Positions 35,636 to 45,251 of a stretch of DNA of 64,000 bases are shown here, piece after piece. The notes under the pieces are model-generated. The model was not told the origin of the DNA. It made no database searches and saw nothing but the letters and a program-made list of their open reading frames with translations. A program made the position numbers and the translations under genes. This DNA is from an uncultured Dehalococcoidia bacterium (GTDB lineage Bacteria; Chloroflexota; Dehalococcoidia; Lucifugimonadales; CAZDRU01). How positions within the stretch are numbered: position 1 is the first letter of the stretch; the number at the start of each line of letters is the position of its first letter. Location: contig CAZDRU010000023.1 of assembly GCA_964508175.1 (NCBI GenBank), positions 3,451-67,450 of the forward strand, written 5' to 3'.

Positions 35636-35770
35636 TTAACTACATTTATCACAAATAGTTTGTGGAATGAGTCCTATTTTCATTAAATATTGAAAAACGA
35701 AACAACCTGTACAAAATTCTAGTATTGATTCTATTGATGCAAAGATAACCAGTATTCCAAGGATTATGGA
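35636..35770 (-). pseudogene. 44-codon open frame resembling only the C-terminal helix + CxGC...CxxC tail of a small membrane protein (DUF4395-like from memory); likely gene relic
   Basis: The frame reads SIILGILVIFASIESILEFCTGCFVFQYLMKIGLIPQTICDKCS-stop. It is bounded upstream by an in-frame TAG (35771-35773), and its only canonical start is the ATG at 35683 (15 aa). It is wedged between the carB stop and the NHL/di-haem gene start. Confidence 0.25.
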
Positions 35771-35787
35771 CTAGGTGTTTAGTAGTG

Positions 35788-38700
35788 TTACGATTTTGTA
35801 TATTCCTCTATAGTTTTTATTTCATAGGATGGGTGAGAGTTAATATTTCTTGTTGCAAATTTTGCAGTATCGATAAAGGTAAAGCAAGGAATTTGTTGTT
35901 CTACCGCACTTCTTCGTATTTTAAAACCATCTCTAATAGCAATCGCTGTCTCCGAGACAGTATTTATAACTGCTTGAACAATTTTTTGTTCAATAATATC
36001 TACTACATTTGGATGACCTTCATTTAATTTTTTTGTAATTTTAGTTACTGGGATATTAGCATTAGATAACATTTTTGCAGTCCCTTCTGTTGCATATAGT
36101 TTGCATTTTTTTCTTATCAGTTCTTGTGCTAAAGTAAGAGCTTCATCTTTATCTTTATCTGCAATACTAAGTAGAATAGAAGAATTATGATTGATTGTTA
36201 ATGATGCAGCAGATAAGGCTTTTGTTAAGGCTCCATCTAGGGAATGATCAATACCCATAACTTCACCAGTAGATTTCATTTCTGGCCCTAAATTGGTGTC
36301 AACTCCAGTTAATTTAGACATTGAAAATACAGGAGCTTTAATTCCAATAATGTTATTAGGATTTTTCCATAATCCACCTTTGTATCCCAAAGTTTTAAGA
36401 CTTTTACCTAAAATAGTTCCCAAAGCTAAGGATACCATTGGGACTGTTGTCATTTTAGATATGAATGGTATTGTTCGACTAGCTCGTGGATTTGCTTCTA
36501 TGACATAGACAGAACCAGATTTATTAGAATTTCTGATGATTACATATTGAATGTTAATTAAACCCGTTACTTTCAATCCAAGAGTGATTTTTGTTGTATA
36601 TTCAATTATCGTTTCGATTTCTTTTTTAGTTAAATTAAGTGGAGGATAAATTGCTATAGAATCACCGCTATGTACTCCTGCTCGTTCGATATGTTCCATA
36701 ATGCCAGGTATTAAAACGTCAGTATTATCGGATACTGCATCAACTTCGCATTCTATTCCTTCGAAATATTTATCAATAAGAATATTAGTATGTTCATCAA
36801 AGTGAACTTGAGATTTGAGATAAGACTCAAGTTCACTTGGTGTTTGGACAATTTCCATAGATTTTCCACCAATTACATAACTTGGTCGAATAAGTATGGG
36901 GTAGCCAATTTTATCTGCAACAAGCATTGCATCATTTTCATTAGTCACTGTTTCACCGGGGGGTTTTGGTATATCATGTTTTTCTAAAAATTTTTCAAAT
37001 TGTTGTCTATCAGAAGCGATGTCTATTGAGTGTGCACTTGATCCTAATATAGGGAAACCTGATTTCGATATAGATTGAGAAATATTAATAGCTGTTTGTC
37101 CTCCAAATTGAACAATAGAGGGAATCTTTTCATTCATAAGATATTCTTCATTTTCTAATATGTTTTCGATTGCTTCAACATCAAGAGGTTCAAAATAAAG
37201 ACGATCACTTGCATCAAAATCAGTTGATACAGTTTCAGGATTGGAATTAACCATAATGCTTTTGTATCCATGTTTTTCTAAACCGGTTGCTGCATGTACA
37301 CTAGAGTAGTCAAATTCAATTCCTTGTCCAATACGGATTGGACCACTTCCAATTACAAGTGCTTTTGATGAGTTTAGTGGTTTTGCTTCATTTTCTCCTT
37401 CATAAGCACTAAAGAAATAAGGAGTTGCAGCTTCAAATTCTGCTGCACAAGTATCAACCATTTTGTATGCGGGTTTAATTCGAAATTGTTTCCGCATTTT
37501 TTTTATGCTATCAGGTAAAGAATTGCAAAGTGTAGCTATTTGTTCATCGGTAAATCCATGGCGTTTTGCAAGCAGTAACAAATCTCTATCTAATGAATTA
37601 TTTAATAACATTTTTTCGATATCTATAATGTTTGAAATTCCTCTAATAAACCAAGGATCAATCATTGTTATTTGAGATAGTAATTTGAGAGAAATTCCTT
37701 GTCTGATTGCAGCAGTTAAACTCCATAATCTAAGGTCATTGGGCATTAACATGTCAAAGAAAGCTTTGTAATTAGCTTCTTTGGATAATTCTTCTATAAT
37801 TTGATTTTTTGAGTAATTTGGATGTTTTTCGATGAAAACATATAGATTATGAAGAGTTTTATTCCAGTTAGAATCTTGCCATAGTAATGTTTTATTCGAA
37901 ATTTCTAGACTTCGTACTGCTTTTTGTAAAGCTCCTTCAAAGCATGTATCTATTGCCATCACTTCTCCAGTTCCTTTCATTTGAGTTGATAGTTTTCGAT
38001 TTGCATGAGGAAATTTATCAAATGGCCAACGAGGAATTTTTATAACACAGTAATCTAAAGCTGGTTCAAATGCCGCTTTTGTTTTTTTTGTCACGCTATT
38101 TGGTATTTCTTTGAGGAGTTTCCCGATAGCAATTTTTGCAGCTACTCGAGCTATAGGATACCCAGTTGCTTTACTAGCTAAAGCAGAACTTCGACTAACT
38201 CTAGGATTGACTTCAATCACATAGTATTTTTCTGGACTTTGCCAAGAAGTATTTAAACTATTTGCAATTTCAGGATGCGGTGGAAGTGCAAATTGTACAT
38301 TGCATCCTCCTTGTATGTTTAATGATTTAATAATTTTTAGACTAGCACTTCTAAGCATTTGATATTCTTTGTCGGACATAGTTTGACTTGGAGCTATTAC
38401 GATACTATCTCCTGTATGAACTCCCATTGGGTCCATATTTTCCATATTACAAATAGTTATGCAGTTATCATCTGAGTCTCTCATTACTTCATATTCAATT
38501 TCTTTCCATCCTAATAATGCTCGTTCTACTAGGACTTGATTAACTGGACTAATATTAATCCCATATTTTATTAATTCTTCAAGTTCGTGTTTATTATTAG
38601 CAAATCCTCCACCAGTTCCTCCTAATGTATAAGCAGGACGTACTACTGATGGAAGTCCTATGGTTTTTAATACATCATCTAATTGTGTTATTTCTGATAT

Positions 38701-39150
38701 AACCATGCTTGGTGGTTGAGGTTCGTTGATCTCGTTGAGTAATGTTCGAAATAATGCCCTATCTTCCGCTTTTTTAATGCTTTCTATTGGGGTCCCTAGT
38801 AGTTTGACGTTATATTTATTTAAAATACCTAAATTATCTAATTCAACTGCAAGATTTAGAGCTGTTTGGCCACCAAGTGTAGGAAGAATCCCATCAGGAC
38901 GTTCTTTTTCGATGATTTTTTCAATTATTTCTGGAGTTAAAGGTTCAATATAAATTTTATCTGCAACGTTTTGATCAGTCATAATAGTTGCAGGATTTGA
39001 GTTTATTAAAATGGTTTGAATTCCTTCTTCTCTGAGTGATCTGCAAGCTTGAGTGCCAGCATAGTCAAATTCTGCTGCTTGTCCTATTACTATTGGGCCT
39101 GAACCGATTACTAAAACTGTTTTGAGGGTATTATTACTTTTGTTTTTCAT
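35788..39150 (-). CDS. carB: carbamoyl-phosphate synthase large subunit
   Basis: 1120 aa with duplicated ATP-grasp halves (IGSGPIVIGQAAEFDYAG / IGSGPIRIGQGIEFDY) and an MGS-like C-terminal domain. Confidence 0.95.
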   Translation of the reverse strand: MKNKSNNTLKTVLVIGSGPIVIGQAAEFDYAGTQACRSLREEGIQTILINSNPATIMTDQNVADKIYIEPLTPEIIEKIIEKERPDGILPTLGGQTALNLAVELDNLGILNKYNVKLLGTPIESIKKAEDRALFRTLLNEINEPQPPSMVISEITQLDDVLKTIGLPSVVRPAYTLGGTGGGFANNKHELEELIKYGINISPVNQVLVERALLGWKEIEYEVMRDSDDNCITICNMENMDPMGVHTGDSIVIAPSQTMSDKEYQMLRSASLKIIKSLNIQGGCNVQFALPPHPEIANSLNTSWQSPEKYYVIEVNPRVSRSSALASKATGYPIARVAAKIAIGKLLKEIPNSVTKKTKAAFEPALDYCVIKIPRWPFDKFPHANRKLSTQMKGTGEVMAIDTCFEGALQKAVRSLEISNKTLLWQDSNWNKTLHNLYVFIEKHPNYSKNQIIEELSKEANYKAFFDMLMPNDLRLWSLTAAIRQGISLKLLSQITMIDPWFIRGISNIIDIEKMLLNNSLDRDLLLLAKRHGFTDEQIATLCNSLPDSIKKMRKQFRIKPAYKMVDTCAAEFEAATPYFFSAYEGENEAKPLNSSKALVIGSGPIRIGQGIEFDYSSVHAATGLEKHGYKSIMVNSNPETVSTDFDASDRLYFEPLDVEAIENILENEEYLMNEKIPSIVQFGGQTAINISQSISKSGFPILGSSAHSIDIASDRQQFEKFLEKHDIPKPPGETVTNENDAMLVADKIGYPILIRPSYVIGGKSMEIVQTPSELESYLKSQVHFDEHTNILIDKYFEGIECEVDAVSDNTDVLIPGIMEHIERAGVHSGDSIAIYPPLNLTKKEIETIIEYTTKITLGLKVTGLINIQYVIIRNSNKSGSVYVIEANPRASRTIPFISKMTTVPMVSLALGTILGKSLKTLGYKGGLWKNPNNIIGIKAPVFSMSKLTGVDTNLGPEMKSTGEVMGIDHSLDGALTKALSAASLTINHNSSILLSIADKDKDEALTLAQELIRKKCKLYATEGTAKMLSNANIPVTKITKKLNEGHPNVVDIIEQKIVQAVINTVSETAIAIRDGFKIRRSAVEQQIPCFTFIDTAKFATRNINSHPSYEIKTIEEYTKS

Positions 39151-39176
39151 ATAATGTTTTTGTTTATTTCCTTTTC

Positions 39177-40295
39177 TTAAATTTTCCCATGATCTATAAG
39201 GTTTAAGAATCTATCAAAAAGATATTCATTATCTTTAGGCCCTGGAGATCCTTCAGAATGATATTGAATGGTTAAAAGAGAAAGATTATTATGAGTTAAT
39301 CCTTCGATAGTATTATCGTTTAAATTTATATGACTGATTTGAATTTCGTTAGGAAGTGATTCTTTTGTCACTGCATATCCATGATTTTGAGCTGTAATAT
39401 ATGTTTTGCCAGTTTGTAGATCCTCAACAGGGTGATTAGCTCCCCTATGCCCAAATTTAAGTTTATAAGTTTTTGCTCCGAGTGCTCTTGCTATAATTTG
39501 ATGACCAAGACAAATCCCCATTAATGGTATTTGCCCGATAAGCATTTTTGCTTGGTTAACTATTTCATCAAGAAGAGCAGGATCCCCTGGTCCTGGTGAC
39601 AATAAAATGCCATCTGGATTTAATGAAAGCATCTTTTTAGCAGGGAAAGTTGCTGGTAAAACTTCAACATTGCATCCTTTGTTTTCTAGTATTCTACTGA
39701 TGTTGAATTTAGTTCCATAGTCGACGAGTAAAATTTTTTTCTTTTTATTTTCAGATATAGAGTAATTTTGTGATTTATAAGGATTTTTCGTGCTAACTTT
39801 ATTAACAAAATTGTTTTTATTGTAAGGAGGGGTTTTTGAAAGAATCTCAATTCCATCTTCTATGTTTTTATTACTTATTGCTCCCATTAATACGCCTTGG
39901 TTCCTAATTTTTTTAGTAATACTTCTTGTGTCAATTTCGCAAATTCCTGGGATGTTATACTTTCGCAGAAATTCGTCAAGTGTATTTGTTGATAAATAAT
40001 GACTTGGATACAACGATTGTTTTTTAATAATTAGACCTGCGATTTGTATTTTTTTTGATTCAAAATCTTTTGTGTTAATTCCATAATTGCCAATTAATGG
40101 ATAAGTTAAAACAACAATTTGTCCTGCATATGAAGGGTCAGTGATTATTTCTTGATAACCAGTCATACTTGTATTGAATACAACTTCTCCACTAATAGAA
40201 GTCGCAGACCCAAAGCCCTTTCCTTCATATATAGATCCATCTTGTAAAACTAAGTAAGAAACATTATCTGACATTTTTATTTTTCCCTCGTTCAT
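39177..40295 (-). CDS. carA: carbamoyl-phosphate synthase small (glutaminase) subunit
   Basis: GYQEIITDPSY, triad region GICLGHQ and HRGANHPV. An alternative start at 40274 (MSDN) would shorten the overlap with pyrC. Confidence 0.9.
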   Translation of the reverse strand: MNEGKIKMSDNVSYLVLQDGSIYEGKGFGSATSISGEVVFNTSMTGYQEIITDPSYAGQIVVLTYPLIGNYGINTKDFESKKIQIAGLIIKKQSLYPSHYLSTNTLDEFLRKYNIPGICEIDTRSITKKIRNQGVLMGAISNKNIEDGIEILSKTPPYNKNNFVNKVSTKNPYKSQNYSISENKKKKILLVDYGTKFNISRILENKGCNVEVLPATFPAKKMLSLNPDGILLSPGPGDPALLDEIVNQAKMLIGQIPLMGICLGHQIIARALGAKTYKLKFGHRGANHPVEDLQTGKTYITAQNHGYAVTKESLPNEIQISHINLNDNTIEGLTHNNLSLLTIQYHSEGSPGPKDNEYLFDRFLNLIDHGKI

Positions 40296-41607
40296 ATACT
40301 ATATTTCCTTTCACGATTGTCTTTTCTATAATTCCTTTTAACGACATATTATTGAAAGGAGTGTTTTTACCTTTTGAAAGAAATTTATCTGGATTCACGA
40401 TCCATTCATGGCTTGGATTAATCAGTACTAAATCTGCACTTGTTCCGTTGGATAGAGTTCCATAAGATTTAAATTTTTTACCTATAACCCGTGCTGGTGA
40501 TATTGTTAGAGCTTCAATAATTCGATATAGACTAATTTCATTAGAAAGCACTAATTTGAATAAGCTACCTAAAGCTGTTTCAAATACTGCTATGCCTCTT
40601 GAAGCTTCGTTGAAAGTTGTTTGTTTGCTTTCTATTTCATGTGGTGCATGATCTGTGGCTATACAGTCGATAATATGTGTTTTAAGCCCTTCAACTAATG
40701 CTATTCTATCTTCTTTACTGCGTATAGGAGGATATACTTTAGCAAAAGTGTTATAAGCAAATTCGTTTAAACTTTGATTAATTCTATTATTGCCTAAAAT
40801 AATTTCTTCGTCTAAAACAAGATGGTGAGGAGATACTTCAGCAGTTACATCAATTCCGTCCTTTTTAGCTTTTTTAATTAATTGGACGCTTTTAGCACAG
40901 CTTACATGTGCTACATGTAATTTGCCTTTTGTTTTTTTTGCGAATTCTAGATCTCTTTTTAGCATTGTAGTTTCTTCTTCAGTAGAAATGCCAGTTAGTC
41001 CAAGTTTCCATGATAAATGACCTTGATGCATTACTCCATTCGATGAAATATCTAAATTTTCGCAATGATTACTAATTCTTAGGTCTAGTTCTTTACTGTT
41101 TTTTAATGCTTCAAGCATAATCTCATCATTTTGTACTGGATTCCCATCATCACTGAATAAAACAGCACCTGCATTTTTAAGTGATTTCATATCAACTATT
41201 TGTTTGCCTTCTTGTTTTTTAGATACAGCAGCAATCGGATGAATATCTATGTTAGAAGAGTTTTTAATCTTGAGAGTGTTTTTGATAATATCAGGGTCGT
41301 CTTGTATTGGTTCTGTATTTGGCATTGAACAAATAGTAGTAAACCCTCCTTTTATTGCTGCTTGTGATCCTGTTTCGATAGTTTCTTTATTTTCAAATCC
41401 AGGTTCTCGTAAATGACTGTGAATATCTACAAATCCAGGGGTAGCTATAAAATTTTTCCCATCGATTACTTTAGTATTAGAGTCTATATTTTTTATAGAT
41501 GGATTTGTTTCTATGAAAATATTGTTGTCAATTAGAATGTCCCCAATAAAATCGAAATTTTGCGAAGGATCAATGATCTTCACTTGTTTGATTAAGATTT
41601 TCATCAT
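40264..41607 (-). CDS. pyrC: dihydroorotase
   Basis: PGFVDIHSHLREPG, HVAHVS and ATDHAPH metal-ligand motifs. ATGATGA overlap with the pyrB stop. Confidence 0.9.
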   Translation of the reverse strand: MMKILIKQVKIIDPSQNFDFIGDILIDNNIFIETNPSIKNIDSNTKVIDGKNFIATPGFVDIHSHLREPGFENKETIETGSQAAIKGGFTTICSMPNTEPIQDDPDIIKNTLKIKNSSNIDIHPIAAVSKKQEGKQIVDMKSLKNAGAVLFSDDGNPVQNDEIMLEALKNSKELDLRISNHCENLDISSNGVMHQGHLSWKLGLTGISTEEETTMLKRDLEFAKKTKGKLHVAHVSCAKSVQLIKKAKKDGIDVTAEVSPHHLVLDEEIILGNNRINQSLNEFAYNTFAKVYPPIRSKEDRIALVEGLKTHIIDCIATDHAPHEIESKQTTFNEASRGIAVFETALGSLFKLVLSNEISLYRIIEALTISPARVIGKKFKSYGTLSNGTSADLVLINPSHEWIVNPDKFLSKGKNTPFNNMSLKGIIEKTIVKGNIVYERGKNKNVR

Positions 41608-42641
41608 GCAAAATCCTTATTGCAACTTAATAGTATTGCCATTCGACAAAACACTCCATTTTCTACTTGTTTCTGTATTAAAGATTGAGGTGAATTAATT
41701 AAATTTGCATTGATTTCTATTCCTTCATTAACAGGACCTGGATGCATTATCAATGCATTGGGCTTGGCTAATTTTAACTTAGTTTCGTTAATTTGCCATT
41801 GAGAAATGTATGTTTTTAAATTTTGGTTAAGTTTAGATAAATGCCGTTCTTTTTGAATTCTTAAAGGCATTATTATATCTGCATTTTTTAAAGCCTTTTC
41901 CAAATTATGTTCAATTGTTATTTGTTTTTGTTTAATCTTGGGTGGTAGTGTTTTTATTAAATCAAAATTTGGCAAAAATTCTTGAGGACCAGCAATCACT
42001 ATATTTATTCCTAATGATGTTAATGTCCATAAGTTAGAACGGAAAACTCTACTATGGTTGATATCTCCAACAATTACCATTTTCTTCCCTTCTAAATTAA
42101 CCAGATGTTCTTTAAGTGTGAATGCATCGGTTAAAGCTTGTGTTGGATGTGCATGTTGTCCATCTCCAGCATTTATGATGGATGATTTAATTATCGTTTT
42201 AGTTATTGCATACGGAGCTCCTGAATCTGCATGACGTATTATTATAAAATCAGCACCGAGAGATTCTATTGTTTGTATTGTTGAGATTAAAGATTCTCCT
42301 TTTTCTGTACTACTTTCTTTTTTTGAGAAATTAATAACATGAGCTCCTAAAAGCTTTCCTGCTATTTCAAATGATAATTTAGTTCTTGTACTTGATTCGA
42401 AGAATAAATTTGCGAGTATTTTTCCTTTTAATGGTGTAAAAGTATTTGACTTGTTTTCAAATTGAAGTTTTATTTCCTTTGAAAGATTAATCAACAGAGA
42501 AAGTTTTTCTTTATCTAAAATATCTACATCCAAAAAATGCTTTGTATTTAGCAAAGAATGAAGTTTAAGAATTAGTTTATTAATTTTAGTATATTGTTGT
42601 TTAGTTATTCCCATTTTTTGTTGAAAGGTATACTCCTTCAA
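41604..42641 (-). CDS. pyrB: aspartate carbamoyltransferase catalytic subunit
   Basis: STRTKLSFE, HPTQAL and HPGPVN motifs. The N-terminus is ~30 aa longer than usual. The start is uncertain: TTG at 42641 or ATG at 42614. Confidence 0.9.
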   Translation of the reverse strand: MKEYTFQQKMGITKQQYTKINKLILKLHSLLNTKHFLDVDILDKEKLSLLINLSKEIKLQFENKSNTFTPLKGKILANLFFESSTRTKLSFEIAGKLLGAHVINFSKKESSTEKGESLISTIQTIESLGADFIIIRHADSGAPYAITKTIIKSSIINAGDGQHAHPTQALTDAFTLKEHLVNLEGKKMVIVGDINHSRVFRSNLWTLTSLGINIVIAGPQEFLPNFDLIKTLPPKIKQKQITIEHNLEKALKNADIIMPLRIQKERHLSKLNQNLKTYISQWQINETKLKLAKPNALIMHPGPVNEGIEINANLINSPQSLIQKQVENGVFCRMAILLSCNKDFA

Positions 42642-43155
42642 TATTATCTATTTCTTTAAGTAAAACATGTATTTGTTGATTTCTATGTGTTGGTATATTT
42701 TTACCTACATAATTAGGTGTTATAGGGAGTTCTCTGTGTCCACGGTCGATTAACACTGCTAAAGAAACTAATTCTGGTCGTCCAAGATCCGTTAGAGCAT
42801 TTAATGCTGCTCTAACGCTTCTTCCTGTGTACAGTACATCATCAACTAGAATTATATTTTTATTTGTTACTTTTTCGGTTTGATTTTGTATAGAATGTTG
42901 TTGAATATCAGGCTTTTCTATATCATCTCTATAGGATTTTATATCTAGAGATATGCAAGGAATTTGAACATTCTTAAAATGTTTAATTAATGAAGATAAT
43001 CGATCTGAAAGTAGAACGCCTCGTGTTTTTATTCCCGCTAATAATAAATTGGTTGGAGAAGGATGAGATTCAATGATTTCATGAGCAATCCTAACAAGCG
43101 TTTTTTGTATATCGTCAGGGCCCCAAATTAAATTTTTATTCTTGAGTTTGTTCAA
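42601..43155 (-). CDS. pyrR: bifunctional pyrimidine operon regulator / uracil phosphoribosyltransferase PyrR
   Basis: RIAHEIIE and the PRPP motif VDDVLYTGRSVRAA. I prefer the TTG at 43155 (giving MNKLKNKNLIWGPDDIQ, the normal PyrR length). The ORF-track GTG at 43170 lies inside the attenuator hairpin. Confidence 0.85.
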   Translation of the reverse strand: MNKLKNKNLIWGPDDIQKTLVRIAHEIIESHPSPTNLLLAGIKTRGVLLSDRLSSLIKHFKNVQIPCISLDIKSYRDDIEKPDIQQHSIQNQTEKVTNKNIILVDDVLYTGRSVRAALNALTDLGRPELVSLAVLIDRGHRELPITPNYVGKNIPTHRNQQIHVLLKEIDNIEGVYLSTKNGNN

Positions 43156-43240
43156 AAAAAAACACTCCACCTTTTGGGATGACAGAGTGTGTTGTTTGTT
43201 ATAAAAATCACCTTGTCAGCCTCACAGGACTAAGTTAAAG
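43153..43240 (-). promoter_or_regulatory. PyrR-dependent transcription attenuator (PyrR-binding hairpin + intrinsic terminator)
   Basis: On the minus strand, AGUCCUGUGAGGCU (43217-43232 region) matches the PyrR box ARUCCAGAGAGGCU at 12/14 positions within hairpin cttagtc..gacaagg. Downstream, the ACACTC / GAGTGT stem (43162-43167 with 43185-43190) is followed by a run of 8-9 U. Confidence 0.7.
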
Positions 43241-43340
43241 GTTATTTACTTATTTTATATTCAAGTTAAAATGAATGCAAATCAATAAGATGATTTTCAT
43301 TATAAAATACAAAGAAGAATAGAAACGAAAACAATTATTA

Positions 43341-44192
43341 ATGATTACTTTTTACAATAAACTCGATAATGTTTCTAAAGAAAAAAGAAGTTTACTTTGT
43401 GTTGGTTTAGATCCGGATCCAAGATGGTTGCCAGATGGAATTAAAGATGTTTTTTCTTTTAATCAAATGATTATTGATGTAACTTCTGAATTTGTTTCTG
43501 CTTATAAACCTAATTTAGCTTTTTATGAAGTTCTGGGTGAATCTGGTTATAGGATTTTAAAAGACACTATAGATTACATAAGATATAAAGCTCCAAATGT
43601 GGTAATTATAGGCGATGCAAAAAGAGGTGATATAGGTGTTTCAACAGAAAAATACGCTGAAGCAATTTTTGAGAAATATGAATTTGATGCCGTTACAGTT
43701 AATATGTATGGTGGTTTCGAAAGCATTGAACCTTTTCTAAAATATCCTGGCAAAGGGGTTTTTATTTGGACAAAAAGTTCTAATCCCGGAGGTAATGATA
43801 TTCAAAATGCACAAATTAAACACAATGGAAAATATATAACAATTTATGAATATATTGCGTTTTTAGTGAATGAAAAAATAGCTGATCAGAATTTAGGATT
43901 AGTTATTGGAGGTACATTCCCAAAGGATATTCTTCAATTGAGAAATATTTGTCCGAAATCTCCCTTTTTAATTCCTGGAATAGGCCAACAAAAAGGAGAT
44001 TTAGTTTCTTCAATCCGTAACGGTCTTTCTTCAGTAGGAATGAGAGTTCTTATTTCTTCTTCTCGTTATATTATCAAGCCTTCAGTTAAATATAATTTTC
44101 TTTCTGAAGTTTATGAGAAAAGCAAAAAGTTATATGAAGATATTAATAAAGTGGTATCAGAAACTTCAGAAGAATTTAATATCAAAACTTGA
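43341..44192 (+). CDS. pyrF: orotidine 5'-phosphate decarboxylase (type 2)
   Basis: LCVGLDPD, KPNLAFYE, GDAKRGDIG and IPGIGQQ motifs. Confidence 0.9.
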   Translation: MITFYNKLDNVSKEKRSLLCVGLDPDPRWLPDGIKDVFSFNQMIIDVTSEFVSAYKPNLAFYEVLGESGYRILKDTIDYIRYKAPNVVIIGDAKRGDIGVSTEKYAEAIFEKYEFDAVTVNMYGGFESIEPFLKYPGKGVFIWTKSSNPGGNDIQNAQIKHNGKYITIYEYIAFLVNEKIADQNLGLVIGGTFPKDILQLRNICPKSPFLIPGIGQQKGDLVSSIRNGLSSVGMRVLISSSRYIIKPSVKYNFLSEVYEKSKKLYEDINKVVSETSEEFNIKT

Positions 44193-44279
44193 AATTCATA
44201 AATGTTTTTAGGTTAATATTATGGATCGTATATTAAATTTGGTTAATTTGATATATTATCGGGTTTTAAGGATAAAAAT

Positions 44280-45215
44280 ATGATAACTTTTGAAGAATAT
44301 TTACTCTCGACAAAGTTAAATAACGACCCTGCTTTATGTGAGATATTAGAATCAATTGCTAAAGGTTGCATTGAAATTCATGAAAAAGTGCAAAGAGTAA
44401 GTATTGATGACTATTCTGGTTCGACAGGAGAAATTAATATTCAGGGAGAAGAAGTACAAAAATTAGATGAATTTGGTAATGAAATTATTGTAGAGCGTTT
44501 AAAGTCAATTGGGAAAGTTGCTATTGTTGGTGGTGAAGAATTGGAAATACCAATTATTATTGGAGATGATAAATCACCTTATATGGTTAATATGGACCCT
44601 GTTGATGGTTCAAGTAATATTGATGTTGGTATAAGTATTGGGTCGATTTTTGGGATTTGGCCTAGAAATTTCGAAGCTTCTTTAAATGAGAAATCATTGC
44701 TTATCCCAGGAAGGCAACAAACTGCTGCTGTATATGTTGTTTATGGGTCGAGTACAATCATGATGGTTGCTACTGTTACAGGAGTACAATGTTTCACATT
44801 AGATTTAATCAAAGGTAGTTTTGTTCTTACCCATCCCAATATTGAAATTCCTAAGAAGTGCAATTATTATAGTGTGAATTATGGAAATTGGACTAATTTT
44901 TCTGAAAAAATACAATCAATTTTGATTGAATTACAAAATAACTATTCTCTTCGTTATGTAGGATCTTTAGTTGCTGATTTCCACAGAAATCTATTAAAAG
45001 GAGGGGTGTTTTTATACCCTGAAGACAAAAAAAATCTTAATGGCAAATTAAGGTTGATGTATGAAGCAAATCCATTAGCGTTTATCACTGAAAAAGCAGG
45101 AGGGATTGCTATATCTGGTGAAAATAATATTTTGGATATTATTCCAAGCAGCCTACATCAACGTACACCATTAATTTTAGGGAATAAAGATATTTTGAAA
45201 TCATTATTTTTATAG
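44280..45215 (+). CDS. fbp: fructose-1,6-bisphosphatase class 1
   Basis: MDPVDGSSNID, YVGSLVADFHRNLLKGGVFLYP and LRLMYEANPLAF motifs. Confidence 0.9.
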   Translation: MITFEEYLLSTKLNNDPALCEILESIAKGCIEIHEKVQRVSIDDYSGSTGEINIQGEEVQKLDEFGNEIIVERLKSIGKVAIVGGEELEIPIIIGDDKSPYMVNMDPVDGSSNIDVGISIGSIFGIWPRNFEASLNEKSLLIPGRQQTAAVYVVYGSSTIMMVATVTGVQCFTLDLIKGSFVLTHPNIEIPKKCNYYSVNYGNWTNFSEKIQSILIELQNNYSLRYVGSLVADFHRNLLKGGVFLYPEDKKNLNGKLRLMYEANPLAFITEKAGGIAISGENNILDIIPSSLHQRTPLILGNKDILKSLFL

Positions 45216-45251
45216 AACACACTAAAAGAAAAAGGAAAAAGAGGTGAAATA

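Noticed and set aside
43171-43340. The divergent pyrR / pyrF intergenic region, where gene orientation switches from a 15-kb minus block to a 7-kb plus block, as a possible replication origin.
   Set aside because: I found no TTATCCACA-type DnaA boxes or AT-rich 13-mer arrays. The region is accounted for by the PyrR attenuator and two promoters.
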